Of a stretch of 64,000 nucleotides of DNA, positions 23,417 to 36,502 are shown one piece after another (within the stretch, counting starts at the first letter, position 1; every line of letters begins with the position of its first letter). Below the pieces are notes generated by a model, which searched no databases, was not told the origin of the DNA, and was given only the letters and a program-made list of their open reading frames with translations. The translations under genes were made by a program, and so were the position numbers. The stretch comes from Octopus vulgaris (lineage: Eukaryota): assembly GCA_951406725.2 (NCBI GenBank), contig OX597816.1, positions 77,252,001 to 77,316,000 on the forward strand, in the 5' to 3' direction.

Positions 23417-26127
23417 CATTGTTGTTGGCATACTTTTTGTCTCAGTAGACAATGGAGTTGCGCATAAAATAATCTAGTCTGGCTTTTACATTTCATGTCT
23501 TAATACATCTCCTGCTGTGGCTGTGTAGTCCTATCCTGGACAAACACTCCCTTTGGCAGTTGCCGCAAATGTAGCGAAGACTTTGCCTGGCTGGTTGTAA
23601 TGTCATAGTTTCTTGTTGACATTTTTTCTTGTCTTTCCATTTCTCCTCTCTCTCTATGTCACTCCTTTGTGTTCCCTCTTTTACGGTACGTCGCCAATCT
23701 CCACGGTTACTGGCAACTGCTTCCCAGTTGGTAATATTGATGTTGCAGGCATTCATGTCCCTTTTGCAAACAACCTTGTATTGTAAGAACGGTCTTCCCA
23801 CAGACCTAGTGCCCCTAGTAAGCTCTCCGTTGAGTATGTCCTCGGGGATTCTGCCACCTTCCATACGGCTAACATGTCCAAGCCATCTCATACGTCTTTG
23901 TGTGAGGAGTGCAAATATGCTTGGTATTCCTGCTTGCTTGAGGACATGATTCTGCCATTTGATGCGAAGGATTTTCTGGAGGCAGCGCAGGTGAAAGATA
24001 TTTAGGCGACGCTCATGGCGTGTGTATGGCGTCCAAGTCTCACTTCCATACAGTAGAGTGCTAAGTACATATGCCTGGTAAATCTTCATTTTTGTGGTCT
24101 TGATCAGCTTATTGTTGTCCCATTCTCGTTTGGAGAGTTGGGCCATCACAGCAGCTGCCTTGCCAATGCGTATATTGAGCTCAGCATCAAGGGATAGGAT
24201 GTAGGTGACAGTAGAGCCAAGATAGGTAAACCTCTCCACCTCCTGTAGTCTGTGGTCTCCAAGATGTATGTTTGGGATGTCCGATGTAGCCTGACTCATG
24301 ATGTTGGTCTTCTTGAGGTTGATAACTAAGCCAAAGTTGCCACATACTTGCTCAAAACAGTTGATGCGTCTTTGTAGGGATTCTTCTGTGTGTGATATCA
24401 GAGCGGCATCATCAGTAAATAGCATCTCCTTCTTCAGGACGCTTCTGATTTTGGTCTTGGCACGCAAACGCAAGAGATTGAACAGTTTCCCATCACTTCT
24501 ACCGTGCAGAAACACTTCATCATCTGATGTCTCAAAGGCATGTGACAGCAGCAGCGAGAAGAAGATGCCAAATAATGTAGGAGCAAAGACACAACCTTGC
24601 TTTACTCCATTTTTTATTTGGAAGGCGGCTGATGTTGAACCATTGTGCTGTATGGTGCCTTGCATATCATCATGGAAAGATTTGATGATCCTCAGCAGCT
24701 TTGGTGAACATCCAATTTTTTGGAGCAGGATGAAGAGGCCTTTTCTACTTACCAAGTCAAAGGCCTTTGTCAGATCAATGAAGGCCATATATAATGGCAT
24801 TTCCTTCTCTCTGGACTTCTGAAGTTGGTGTTTGGAGAATATCATGTCAATAGTTGATCTGCTTCTTCTAAAGCCACACTGCGACTCTGGATAAATTCGA
24901 GAAGCAAGCAGTTGCAGCCTGAACAGGATAATGCGAGCAAAGGCCTTTCCAACAGTGCTTAGAAGAGATATTCCACAGTAATTGTTACAATCACCACGGT
25001 CGCCTTTGTTTTTGTAAAGCGTAATGAAGTTAGCATCCCGCATATCCTGAGGGACTGTACCCTCTTCCCAGCACTGACACAGAAGCTCACGTATGTGCCG
25101 AAGCAGGATGGTGTTTTTGCCGGTTTTGATGATCACTAAGTAGATGCCGTCTTTTCCCGGAGCCTTTGTTACTTGCTAGGGAGTCAATAGCCTTGGTGAG
25201 CTCTGCTATAGATGGCAGACTGTCAAGCTCGAACATGACTGGCAAGATCTTGACACCCTCGATTGCAGCCTCAGCTACCATGGTCTCCCGTGAGTAGAGA
25301 TCCTGGTAGTACTCCGCCCATCTATCCATTTGCTTGCTTTGGTCCTTGATGAGATCTCCAGTAGTTGATTTCAGAGGAGCTGACTTGGTTGCGGATGGAC
25401 CGAGGGCCTTCTTCAAACCGGCATACATCCCACGGGTGTCGCCACTGTCAGCAGCTGACTGGATACTCTGACAGATTTTCTGCCAATACCTGTTTGCACA
25501 GCGTCTGGCAGTCAGTTGGGTTTTATTTCTTGCCTTTCTGAATTTTTCAAGTGACTTTGTAGAAGAATCACTCTTGTATTACATCAGAGCTGCACGCTTT
25601 GTTTCGATAACTGTTTCCAGCTCTGAAAGCCCAGCACTGAACCAATCTGGGTTTTGCCTTTCTCTCATGCCGAAAGTATCTATTGATGTGATATACAAAG
25701 CTTCCCTGATATAATTCCATCTACTTTCAGCAGAGGAGGTTGGGCAGCTACTGAGGGCAACCTTCATAGAAACAGCAAAACATTGTCGCAGTGTAGGGCC
25801 GGAGGTTCTGGCAGTGTTAATGCGTGGTCGGCCCATTTTCTTGGAGTGATGGACTTTTTTAGGCAGAATCCTCACCCTGCTTCTTATTAGTGAATGATCT
25901 GTATCACAATCCGCGCTGTAGTAACTACGGGTCATTTGAACAGAATTCAGAAAGGATCTTCATGTAATTATGAGATCCAACTGATGCCAGTGGTGAGATC
26001 TTAGATGTCTCCAAGATGCCTTATGGGATGTCTTGTTGGCAAAGAATGTGTTAGTGATGCACAGATTATGGTATGTGCAAAATTCAAGTAGTCTCTGACC
26101 ATTGTCATTCATGTTGCTAATACCAAA
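23417..26127 (-). mobile_element. 5'-truncated RTE-clade (BovB-like) LINE: partial APE, RT and C-terminal C2H2; frameshifted
   Basis: Motifs NDNGQRLLEFC..WRH.RS.HWHQLD, TDHSLI, FIDLTKAFD, GVKQGC, LFTDD, LLYGSETW, CGNCQRECLSRIGLHSH. 3' tail ATGCCAACAACAA. Confidence 0.95.
23493..25136 (-). pseudogene. RTE reverse transcriptase coding remnant (547-aa open stretch)
   Basis: Supplied ORF containing the RT motifs. The upstream parts (25087-25428, 25579-25935, 25960-26127) are in other frames. Confidence 0.9.
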
Positions 26128-26214
26128 ACACATACATTTACATATATACATACATATATATACGATTGATTTGTTTCCGTTCCAGTCTACGAAATCCATA
26201 TATATATATATATA

Positions 26215-26304
<90 letters not shown>

Positions 26305-26312
<8 letters not shown>

Positions 26313-26690
26313 GATAAATTGCTAGATATAACTGAGTGGGCAAACAAAAATATGAGACACTGCGTAGTGCATTTTTATATTTTGATAAGCCTGGTACTTA
26401 TTCTATCAGTTTCTGCTTGTGAAACCAGTAAGTTATGGGGATATAAATAAACAACCACCAGTTGTGAAGCAGTGATGAGGGAGAAACACAAGGACACACA
26501 CATAGACTTACATATATAAATACATATACATAAAATTGATTTCTTTCAGTTTCTGTCCACAAAATCCACTGACAAGGCTTTGGTTGGTCTGAGGCTATAG
26601 CAGAAGACACATGCCAAGTTACCACACAATGGGACTGAACTGAGGACCTTGTGTTTTGGAACCAAGCTTGTTACCACACAGCCACACCTG
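26305..26690 (-). mobile_element. Family-B SINE plus flank; locally duplicated at 23140-23416
   Basis: CAAAGATAAATTG...ACTGAGTGGGCAAACAAAAATATGAGACAC occurs at both ~23148 and ~26309. Confidence 0.75.
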
Positions 26691-26767
26691 TACCTATGTA
26701 TGTGTGTGTGGGGGGGGTGTATGTGTGTATGGGTGTATATATGTATGCATAAACATATGTGTATATA

Positions 26768-26813
<46 letters not shown>

Positions 26814-26915
26814 TAGACATACATGTATATCTATAGAAATACAACTATACATATACAGCAATACATATACAGCAATACATATACATGTATACATATACAG
26901 CTATATATATACATG

Positions 26916-27000
<85 letters not shown>

Positions 27001-27315
27001 GTGTGTGTGTATTATATTAAATTAGAGATAAAACTAAAATTAGAAATAAAACTAATAACCACTAATAATATATATACACACACACACATCCATATACATA
27101 CAATAGAGAGAGGTTTTTGTTTCAATTTTAACACGTAAGACTGAAATAGTGGAGAAGATATGATATTGCTGTGGGCTCGCCCTAGACAAAAAGCTAAGAA
27201 TTTTTTTGCCCATGACACTCCCCGGACCCAAAGTAAGGCATGCGTAAAATTTGAATGAAATTGGTCGTGTAGTTCTCAAGTTTTAGGGAAACACGCAGAC
27301 AGACAGACATACATT

Positions 27316-27400
<85 letters not shown>

Positions 27401-27513
27401 TGCATGCACACACATACATACATATATATTTGGAATTTACAAAAGAAACGAACAAAAGACGAAGACGGGTGTGTAAACAGCAAACAGGTTTATTAGTTTA
27501 ACGCTCCACACTT

Positions 27514-27866
27514 AGGAAAATTTATATAGGAAAACTACTGATGTTAAAAATAGATAGAGGGGACACAAGAATTCATTTATTCACCCCTATATAAAAAATT
27601 CCACGGCATTAGCATCATACATTAACCACCTCATACAGTCTAACATTAAGTATAATTAACGATGATCGATAATTACTGAATCAACACCATAGAACACATA
27701 TACTAAATCGTATAGGCTTTGCATCAAGGAATCGAGTAGCATACTATACGCTAGTAATAGAAATAAAGACATATTATTAAATAAAATTACAGACATTTTA
27801 GTATGTTGTAAGCATAAATATTTAGCGCCTTATAATTTTCTTAAACTTAAAAATTTAATTTTTTAG
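27514..27866 (+). mobile_element. Decayed Penelope-like (Neptune-type) GIY-YIG endonuclease, not in the ORF track
   Basis: With one frameshift: KIYIGK/TTDVKNR*RGHKNSF...NSTALASYI...RLCIKE...ILLNKITDILVCCKH. Confidence 0.75.
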
Positions 27867-28197
27867 AATGTAAAACTTTAAAGTTTTTTGAAAATACGTT
27901 CCAATTAAATCATTAGATCCCATGAACACTTATGTACAAACCTGTAATCTTAATTTTTTTTTTATAGTAGTATATATATCAGTAGAGTGGAACGGAACAT
28001 TCCCATTGGCTATTATTTGCGTGATTAACTAAAGTTAACCTTTCAATAATTTTCATGTCTTATTTAAACGTGAAAACTGCAGAATCCTATATGATACTGT
28101 CACTTATTCATCGATACTCAAAAACTGAACTTTCACCAACTGAATACTCACCATGTAGTGCCTTACTGCTTTTTGCTGGATTTTACCTCGAGAAAGG

Positions 28198-28265
28198 AAC
28201 CCTGAGGAAGGAGGGCTGAATTTCGAATACTTCGTACAACCACTTTTCTGAAACGGCTGCAGGTT
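28198..28265 (+). ncRNA. Degenerate minimal hammerhead ribozyme downstream of the PLE endonuclease
   Basis: AACC, CTGAGGA, long stem II, GAAA, CGGCTG, CA (cf. UA), GGTT. Confidence 0.55.
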
Positions 28266-28347
28266 AGGAAAAAAATTTTAATCGCCTCTTTCAATTTAAG
28301 TTTTTATTTTTCATGTTTATATTCGTATTTCATTGTTATGTTTATAT

Positions 28348-28787
28348 TGGGTTGTCTGGAAAGTTCGTTCCGATTTTTAAAGGAAAGTAAAAGGTCACTA
28401 AATACTTGCCATTACATTTTTAATGAACCAAATCTGAACCATTTCGTTGCACAATACGTCTCCATCTTTACCTTGAAAATACCCTCTTCCTAGAATTGGC
28501 GTGGTTTCAAGGCAAAGAATTCGTCAAGGTATCTTTTTACGTCATCTAAGGAATTGAAATTTTTACCATTAAGACTATTCTGCAGAGACCTGAATAAGTG
28601 GAAATCCGAAGGGACAATATCTGGTGAATATGGAGGGTGGGGTATCACATCCCAACCGAGCTGCAGCAATTTTTGTCTGGTTCCCAAAGCATCGAGTGCC
28701 GAAAATGAACTTTCTCATCTATTATTTTAAAGGGTTACAGAATTAACACAGGTTATAGGAACATAAACCTTCTTCCATGAAAAGATT
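28348..28787 (-). mobile_element. Internally deleted mariner retaining the transposase C-terminus; same family as 55859-56432
   Basis: TIR TTGGGTTGTCTGGAAAGTTCG; HPPYSPDIVPSDFHLF motif; 5'UTR matches 55980-56060. Confidence 0.85.
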
Positions 28788-28947
28788 GTATAAAAATAGT
28801 TATTATCTGCATCATTTGAAAGAAAAATAAATTTTGCATAAGGTGTAAAAGATAAAAATAATTTGTATGGTGCTACTAACAAAATATTTTGTAAGAAATA
28901 GAACTTTTATCGTCTGTCTTAAATATATTTTCGCCAGTGTATATATC

Positions 28948-31518
28948 TCAGGTCATCCCATAAGTTCTGGCCGAATTTTGGGTAAAGAATACAAGTGATC
29001 AAATGTTATATTTAATTGAAAGTTAATCATCAATGTACTTTCTCTGATTATCTATGACTTACTTCCATCTATTTACAAGCTTTTTAATCCCATCAACGTA
29101 AAACTCTTTTGGTTTCAAAGCGAAGAACTCTGAAATGTCAGGTTCGACCTCCTCCTGACTTGCGAAAGTTATGTGTTATGTCCCCCTAATAATTCTGTAA
29201 ACTATGAAACAAATGGTATCCTGAAGGAGTAAGGTCGGGAGAATAAGTTGAAGAAATTTTTCCAAACCGACCTTTTCGATCTTCTGTGATGTGATCTTTG
29301 CAGTGTGGGGTTGCGCATTGTCCTGATGAAACATCACTCGTTTTCGACTCACTAAAGCGGCTCTTTTTTCCTTCAAAGCTTGGTTCAAAAGCTCTAATTG
29401 CTGACAGTAGACTTGAGCATTGATTTTTGCATTAGGTGGTAACATTATAAAGTGAATTACGCCTTTGCAATCGCACCAGATAGAGAGAAGAACCTTTTTC
29501 CCATGAAGTTCCCTTCTCGGTTGTGGTTGAGCATTTTCCCTTTTACCAAACCACTGTTTACGACGTTTGACATTTCGATAGAAAATCCATTTTTCGTCAC
29601 AAGTCTATCGAAAAAGAGTGAAATGAGTTTGCGAGAATGGAGAGAAGAGCAGATGTCAACTCAGGATTTGCAGTTGCTTTCGGACAATACATGAGGCACC
29701 TATTTTCCAAGTTTAGGAATCTTTCCACGTTGTTGAAGATGACGATGAACTGTTGTATGGTTTGAAGTAAGCTTTATTGCCAATTTTTCAACTGATAATG
29801 AAGGACTTTCTTCAAGTAATGCCTCAAGGAGCTTATCATCAAACTCAACTGGACGTCCTGTTCGATATTCATCTTCAATTTTGCAAACGATCTCCTGCAA
29901 GTTCTTTCATTCAAGCACTCTTTCTCATAAACTGAGTGTATGTTCCGAGTAACTTCGGCTGCAGAGTTACCTTTATTGTACTCATATGTGCCTTAAATGT
30001 TCCTTGGATACTTCCATGTTGAAAGGGTTTTAATCAAAGCAATTTTAGGGTGTCCACGAAGTCTGGGTACCTGGAATAAAACCATAACATAAACAAATAA
30101 ATTTAAGAAATAAAAATTTTCCTTTTTTACTTTTGTTTAAATTAAATAAAAATAATACTTTACTTTTCTAAATTTATTTGTTATTTTTTCTACAGATGAT
30201 CGAATGATGGCTCTGTCTAAAGAAGAAAGAATCCCAGATCGAATGATGGATCTGTCTAAAGAAGAAAGAATCGAGTTAGTATTATTAAGTGGACGAGAGG
30301 TCTTATCGCAAAATTGCGGAAGAATTTAATCTTCGACACCCTTATAGGCAACCTATTTTTTTTACTGCCGTCGGGAAATTGATCAAGAAATTTAAAGAAA
30401 CAGGCAGTGTTTTGGATAAACCCCGTTCCGGGCGACCAAAGACTTCAGATGAAATGAAAGAGGCTGTCATGGCTAAAGTTTCTGCTAGCCCAAAGAAATC
30501 ACTTCGTCGGACATCCACGGTGTTAGGTGTTCCAAAATCAACCATCCACAAAATGCTGGTTGAGGAAAAGTTTCATCGATACAACCTACAGATATTGCAT
30601 CACTTAAATGAAGACGACCCGGATAGACGAATGTAGACATGCGGATGGTTTTCAGATAAATTGGATGAAAATATCAATTTTACGAAAAACTTTGTGTTGT
30701 TCAGTGACAAAGCTACGTTTTATGTAAATGGTGATGTCAACAGACAGAATCTTCTATACTGGTCTCGAGGTAATCCACATTGAATGGATCCATCCAAACA
30801 GCAAAGCAGCAAAAAGGTGATGGTGTGGTTTGTGGAAAGCTCATGTTCTAGGACCCTTCTTCATTGAACATGTAACGGATGAGATTTATGTAAACATATT
30901 GAGAGACAAATTAATATCTCAAATTGAGCGCCTAGGCGAGGGATTTCCAAATTGGTTTCAGCAGGTTGGGGCCCCTACCCATTTTGCCACAACTGTTAGA
31001 GATTGGCTTAATGAAACTTTCCCTCATTGGATTGTAAGAAGGGGCCATATGGAATGGTTCCCTCGTTCACCAGACCCATCTCCCCTTGATTTCTTTTTCT
31101 GGGGGTATGTTGAAAGAGAAAGTTTACTCAATAAAGATTACAGATTTAAAACACATGGGAGAACGCATTACCAGTCAGTGTGCTGAAATTGATGGCAATG
31201 TAGACTTATTTAATCAAGTTCACCTGAATTTTGCAAGGCGCATCAAGTTATGCATTGAAAATGATGGAAATCACTTTGAAAATATTATTTATTAACATAA
31301 TTAAATAAAATTGTTTTGCTTTAAAAGTATGTGTTAATCCCCATGTACGCAGACTTTGTGGACACCCTCTATTATTTTGTAAAACAATATTGAATTAGTT
31401 TAAACGTACAAAAATGCATAAAATAATTTTTAATTGAATTAGACATTTCAAAATACTATTAAATTTCATTCAAATCTAAAAAAAGGTCAAATTGGACAGA
31501 ACTGATTGGATGACGTGA
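28948..31518 (-). mobile_element. Decayed mariner (second family) interrupted by a nested Tc1-like element
   Basis: TIRs TCAGGTCATCCCATAAGTTCTG / CAGAACTGATTGGATGACGTGA; transposase pieces RTGRPVEFD and FHQDNAQPH. Confidence 0.8.
30047..31369 (+). mobile_element. Tc1/mariner DD41D (rosa/VS-like) transposon, decayed
   Basis: TIR AGGGTGTCCACGAAGTCTGGGTAC / GTACGCAGACTTTGTGGACACCCT. Motifs KFKETGSV.DKPRSGRP, FSD, FQQ(V)GAP...WFPRSPDPSPLDFFFWG, with ~40 residues between the 2nd and 3rd catalytic positions. Confidence 0.85.
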
Positions 31519-31973
31519 TATATATAATCTATGATATTCTAGTAGGTTTCAAGTTTATAGCACCTTGGTATCTCATGTTATCTCATTTTATATGCCTAAG
31601 ACATTTATTTTCTATTCTGGTTTTTAAATATTTCTATACATTATATTTGTATCTATAATTTATTTTAAGCCGAAGCATAATACGATCCTTGTACAAACGA
31701 AAGAACAAGAATGTCCTCTGGAACTTTTATCTTCCACCGGTGTTTGTAATCGATGGTGACATGTGCGATGATTTTGCGATTATCTTATATTTTACAGAGA
31801 AATTAGAAGCCCCAATGTAAGCCACCACTTTATGCATAATTCAATATTTATAGTTCTCTATTTCTAACTGAAATTCTATCCTCAATAATTTTAGATCTCT
31901 ATTTCTAAATGTAATTCTTTTTCTTCTCGTTCAGCTTATAACTATAAGACGCATTCTTGTCTGTCTCTTGATA

Positions 31974-33271
31974 AAGCTGTTTTTCTCTAACGTTCACCAC
32001 TTCACCTCGTTAGGGTTAAAGAGCCCTCACCGAATTTTTTTCACTGTCCTATTTTTGTTAGCAGCTTTGACGTTCCACGCATCTCAAATTTTATTTAATT
32101 TGCTTTGGGGGAGCAATTGCTTTGACGAAGACGCATCTTGTTACAATGCTCGCAATGCGGAGGAGGTAAAACTGCCAACAACAGAGGAAGGATTGTTTTT
32201 TAAAGCTGTCTTCGCGCTATAGTTCTCTATATATATATGACTGAAATTCTTCCTTTCTTTCTCCCAACCCGACCCGACCCGTTTGTAATAGTGACACCAA
32301 TGCCATAGCGTCGACTGTGGGCTGCTAGCTGTGTACAGTCGCCGCAATGTCACCCAGAGCGAGCTCTGGTCGCCATAGCGTCGACTGTGGGCTCGTAGCT
32401 GTGTACAGTCGCCGCAATGTCACCCAGAGCGAGCTCTGGTCGCCATAGCGTCGACTGTGGGCTGGTAGCTGTGTACAGTCGCCCAGAGCGAGCTCTGGTC
32501 GCCATAGCATCGACTGTGGGTTGGTAGCTGTGTACAGTCGCCGCAATGTCGCCCAGAGCTAGCTCTGGTCGCCATAGCGTCGACTGTGGGCTGGTAACTG
32601 TGTACAGTCGCCGCAATGTCGCCCAGAGCTCATATACTGCATTACTTGCCCAAACAGTAAAGAAAATTACATTGGCGAAACAAGTCATTCCCTCGGCCAG
32701 CGTGCAAGGATCTACAGGCAGCATTTCCAACAAGAGGAATTACGCAAGATTCCATTAAGTAAGCATCTGGAAAAATGCAGCGACGGAAAATTCAAAATTT
32801 TTCCCTTTTACAAATGTGTACAGGACGATCCGCAATACCGAAAAGCAATGGAACTGCAATGCATCAAAAAATTCCCTATATATGCATGTATATATACACA
32901 TATGGGTACAGGACATAAAAAAAAGGTTGAACACAATGAGAAACGAAAACATAAAAACAAAAACATAGAAAACGAACTTTTTTTTGGAATGACGAAAAAA
33001 ACAGAGAAATGAGACATGCAACATAAAGAATATTCCCCTTCTTCAGTTGTCTCTGTTTCGTCTACTCCGTGTTCGAAGGCAAGGACAATACGCGACTTCA
33101 TTGAAACAATCCTTCCCACAAAGCAAATTAAATAAAATTTGGGATTTTTTGCGGAGGGGGAAAATGGTAACAAGAATAGGGCAGTGAGAACAAAACGGTA
33201 AAAACAAACGGTGAGGGCTGCTAAACCAAGACGATAGAAAAATTATTATGAACGCTAGGAAGACGAGCTTG
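31974..33271. mobile_element. ~1.3-kb non-autonomous element with ~90-bp diverged TIRs
   Basis: GCCCTCACCG...TCACTGTCCTATTTTTGTTAGC (32023-32062) mirrors GGTAACAAGAATAGGGCAGTGA...CGGTGAGGGC (33166-33218). Confidence 0.6.
32302..32631 (+). repeat. GC-rich 70-bp tandem array (~4.7 units)
   Basis: Units start at 32302, 32372, 32442 (59 bp), 32501 and 32571. Confidence 0.95.
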
Positions 33272-33289
33272 TGCGTGCGCGCGCGCGTA

Positions 33290-33500
33290 TGTGTTTATGT
33301 CTGTCTTTGACTCTCGCCATCGCTTGACAACCGATGATGGTGTGTTTGCATCCCCGCAATTTAGCGGTTCGGCAGTAAACACCAATAGAATAAGTACTAG
33401 GCTTACAAAGAATAAATCCTGGAGACAATTTGTTTGACTAAATATCTTTAAGGCGGTGCATGGCCGCAGTCATATGACTGAAACAAGTAAAAGAGTTAAA
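33290..33500 (+). mobile_element. Family-B SINE 3' half
   Basis: CGCTTGACAACCG...AATAAGTACTAGGCTTACAAAGAATAA...ATGACTGAAACAAGTAAAAGAG. Confidence 0.8.
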
Positions 33501-33620
33501 AATAATAGAATATACCTATATATATATATATTATGTGTGTATGCATATTTATGTATGTATGCGTATATGATTATATATATATATATATATAGATGTAACT
33601 ATATGTGTGTGTGTGTGTGT

Positions 33621-33651
<31 letters not shown>

Positions 33652-34099
33652 CCAGACAGGGGGATGGTGTTATAACTTTCGACGAAGGATATTTACACCG
33701 GCTCGAAATACTGGAGCTCTGCGAGCGAAGTCTCTTGAGAAACTTTTTTCTACATCGAGTTACAGACATTCGCTTGTCAGTATCATCATCAAAAATGCAG
33801 TCGACCAGTGTTCCTTGCACTGGAAACCTGTAACCAACGATGCTGTTGTTCACCTGTAGCGACATAAAATAAATGAAAGCATAAAAGAAACTAGTTAAAT
33901 AGTATTAGACTCCCACTGGAATGAAACACAAAGCTAGTCTCAGAGGGAATTCAGATTTACGCTTAAGTAACGAAACTAAATATCAAAGCATAATTGTATT
34001 TTGTTTACCTTTTCCATACTAGCTTTATTACATATTTTAACATAAAACTGAACGTTTGTTTTTTTCATTTCATCGCTGAATTGTTTATTCTCAAAACAA

Positions 34100-36080
34100 C
34101 TCTGTTTTTTCTAACCTAACCAATGTGCAATCTTGTACATTTGCAATGTGATTCTCTCATCACTACTTCAGCAAATACGGTGAGATCTCTGCTTCACTCA
34201 GGTGGTCTTGTTATTACAGAAACATGTGGTAAGTTGTCTTCTTTATATGCTGAAATAGTGAAAATAATGGCGGATGTGCACGTATTATATGAGCGCCGTA
34301 ATCGAGTTGATCAGTTTAGTTGACATACAAACTCAAAACAAAGAATTTCTCCTCACTTCATCCCTGATCGTCCTAGAAAAGACTTACATTACCATGCTTG
34401 AGGATAGCGAGGAACACAGAAGCACACAACAACGATGATCAGAGAATGGATGAAGGAGAAGAGCCTTCAAGATTTTCTATATGTGAAGTCCGTGAGACAG
34501 AACGATAAACAAAAGCCATCAATTCCATCCTGCTTAGGACCACTCAGCACTGGTATTATGTTTGAATATCATGTATTCATTGTTTCAAAATACGAAAGTA
34601 GTTGCAGCACCGTCCCAATAAGCAACAGTAACATTTTGGAAACAACGTGTCTGTAACCTGTGAAAAAATACCTTTTATTATGACACCAGGAAAACAAAAC
34701 TGATATTCATAAATTATTATGTACCGTAAGTTAGTCAGTGCTCTAGGAAATAGCTATAGCCAATGTTTTATGTTCCAATTGTCCGAACTTTCCTCAAAAT
34801 AAGAAACTCTGTTTACTTTTCGGTTGGCAGTACAGACTGCACAATGCACAAAACTAATGAGAACACCCTACATGGAGCAACCACTGCAGTGTATCAGAAG
34901 ACCAATGCTCTAGGGGAAGTCATCGAACCCAGTCTAGAAAGTAAAGAGACAAAGAACCTATCAGTTGTCCATATCATGTAATCTTTCAAACAGTATAGCA
35001 AACCTGGAGTGGCCAATAGAGCACAGGAATTTCAGATTGACGCTATAAGGGCTACGGAGTCTTAAGAACTGACCATCTTAGGCTGGATCATAGCGTCTGC
35101 TCTATCGAGAAAAATGGACAATGGACAATAGATCAGTATCCCTGATTATGCTGAATTCAAGCCACCCGTGTCATCTGACCATTTCTTTATACAATCTGGC
35201 GTACTATTGCTGTTACCAAAAGTTGCATACGAGTGGTTTACAATATAAGTGGTTTACACTGTTGGTTTACATGATGGGTTTACATAGCTGCATAAGTGGT
35301 TTACAATATTGACTGTGCTACTGCAAGTATTCCGGTTGAACAACTCGGTCGTTGTTGAAGAATATTCAACGGTGCTTGTCTTCGCCATGGACTTACACAA
35401 GGAGATGATGTGGAAGCTAGCCTCAAGGGATTAGCAGAAAAGAACATTGTAGTGGTTGCACTGAAAACACTAGAAACGTCTATTGAGGCTTACGGTCCTG
35501 AAGCGATGATCATATATTTGTGTAAGGTTCATTGTTCAACCCAAAAGTGTTCATGCAGCAGATATGTGTTTATATGGAAGTAACTTTTAACTGAAATGCT
35601 GCAAATGACACCCAGAACAATGATGACTATATGTAATAGTATATTCTTGAACTATGGATCCAGTATATAGTTCAATATGATAAATAACAAACCTGTTTTC
35701 ATGCTTTATAAGCCCTTATCTATAATTTCAAAGAACTTCCGATATGAATTAATTATAAAGACAAGAGTTTTCATTTAACTTTGTGGCATTTTGATAATCC
35801 TGAGAACTATTTTGAGATCTTTATTGGCTTCTTTGATCCACATAATAAAGTATTAGCATACTTAGGTTTTCTGGATTGACAAGAAGCCGAGATTGTACAA
35901 AATATGCATTTTATGTTAGCTATTTTCACAATCTAAAATGGCGGCCATGCATGTGTTTATAAAACTACCGACATTGATTTCTCAGATTCTCGTTACTTTG
36001 ATGACTCTGAAAATGTAAAGGTTTGCAGAAACTTTGAATGAAATTATATTTGTTAACACAGCGATCCAGACCACCACATA
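34100..36080 (+). mobile_element. Highly decayed Academ-like DNA transposon remnant
   Basis: Scattered motifs TLHGATTAVYQ (~34862), NIVVVA (~35443) and PEAMIIYLCKVHCSTQKCSC (~35497, a Cys-cluster C-terminus). Confidence 0.4.
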
Positions 36081-36502
36081 ATTTCTCGTACCTTCTTCAG
36101 TTAGTTTTTGTCACCAGAGCTAAGGCCATGCTAGAGCATTGCTTTATAATAACTCTTTGTCTAAGACGGCCAGATAGAAGAAACGTTACATTTCCACATG
36201 ATATTGTATGTTTTACGTTGAACAATAAATGCTACATGTATTAACGAACCACATGTACTAAATAAACATTTGTGCGAAATGCTAATATTGATAAATGGTT
36301 TAAACAGATTAGGCGTTATATTGATATTTCTTATATATATAAATATATATATATATATAGATGTGTGTATTTTCCCTTGTTAACAATTGACACGGAAAAA
36401 ATAGATAAATAGTTACCAGGGTAGCAAAAAATCACACAAGTAAAGAGGTTGTAACTCCTTGTTTTTAAAGGTAGAAACTTCGGGTTTACGTGGAATTTTT
36501 TG

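Noticed and set aside
23629-24822. Plus-strand ORFs of 106 and 174 aa
   Set aside because: They are antisense shadows of the RTE RT frame.
32302-32631. CRISPR-like array
   Set aside because: Units are contiguous near-identical repeats with no unique spacers, there are no cas genes, and the context is eukaryotic.
33675-33835. Hammerhead-like fragments (CGACGAAGG...GAAA; CCAGTG/CACTGG-AAAC)
   Set aside because: The core boxes and stem I are too degenerate to support a call.
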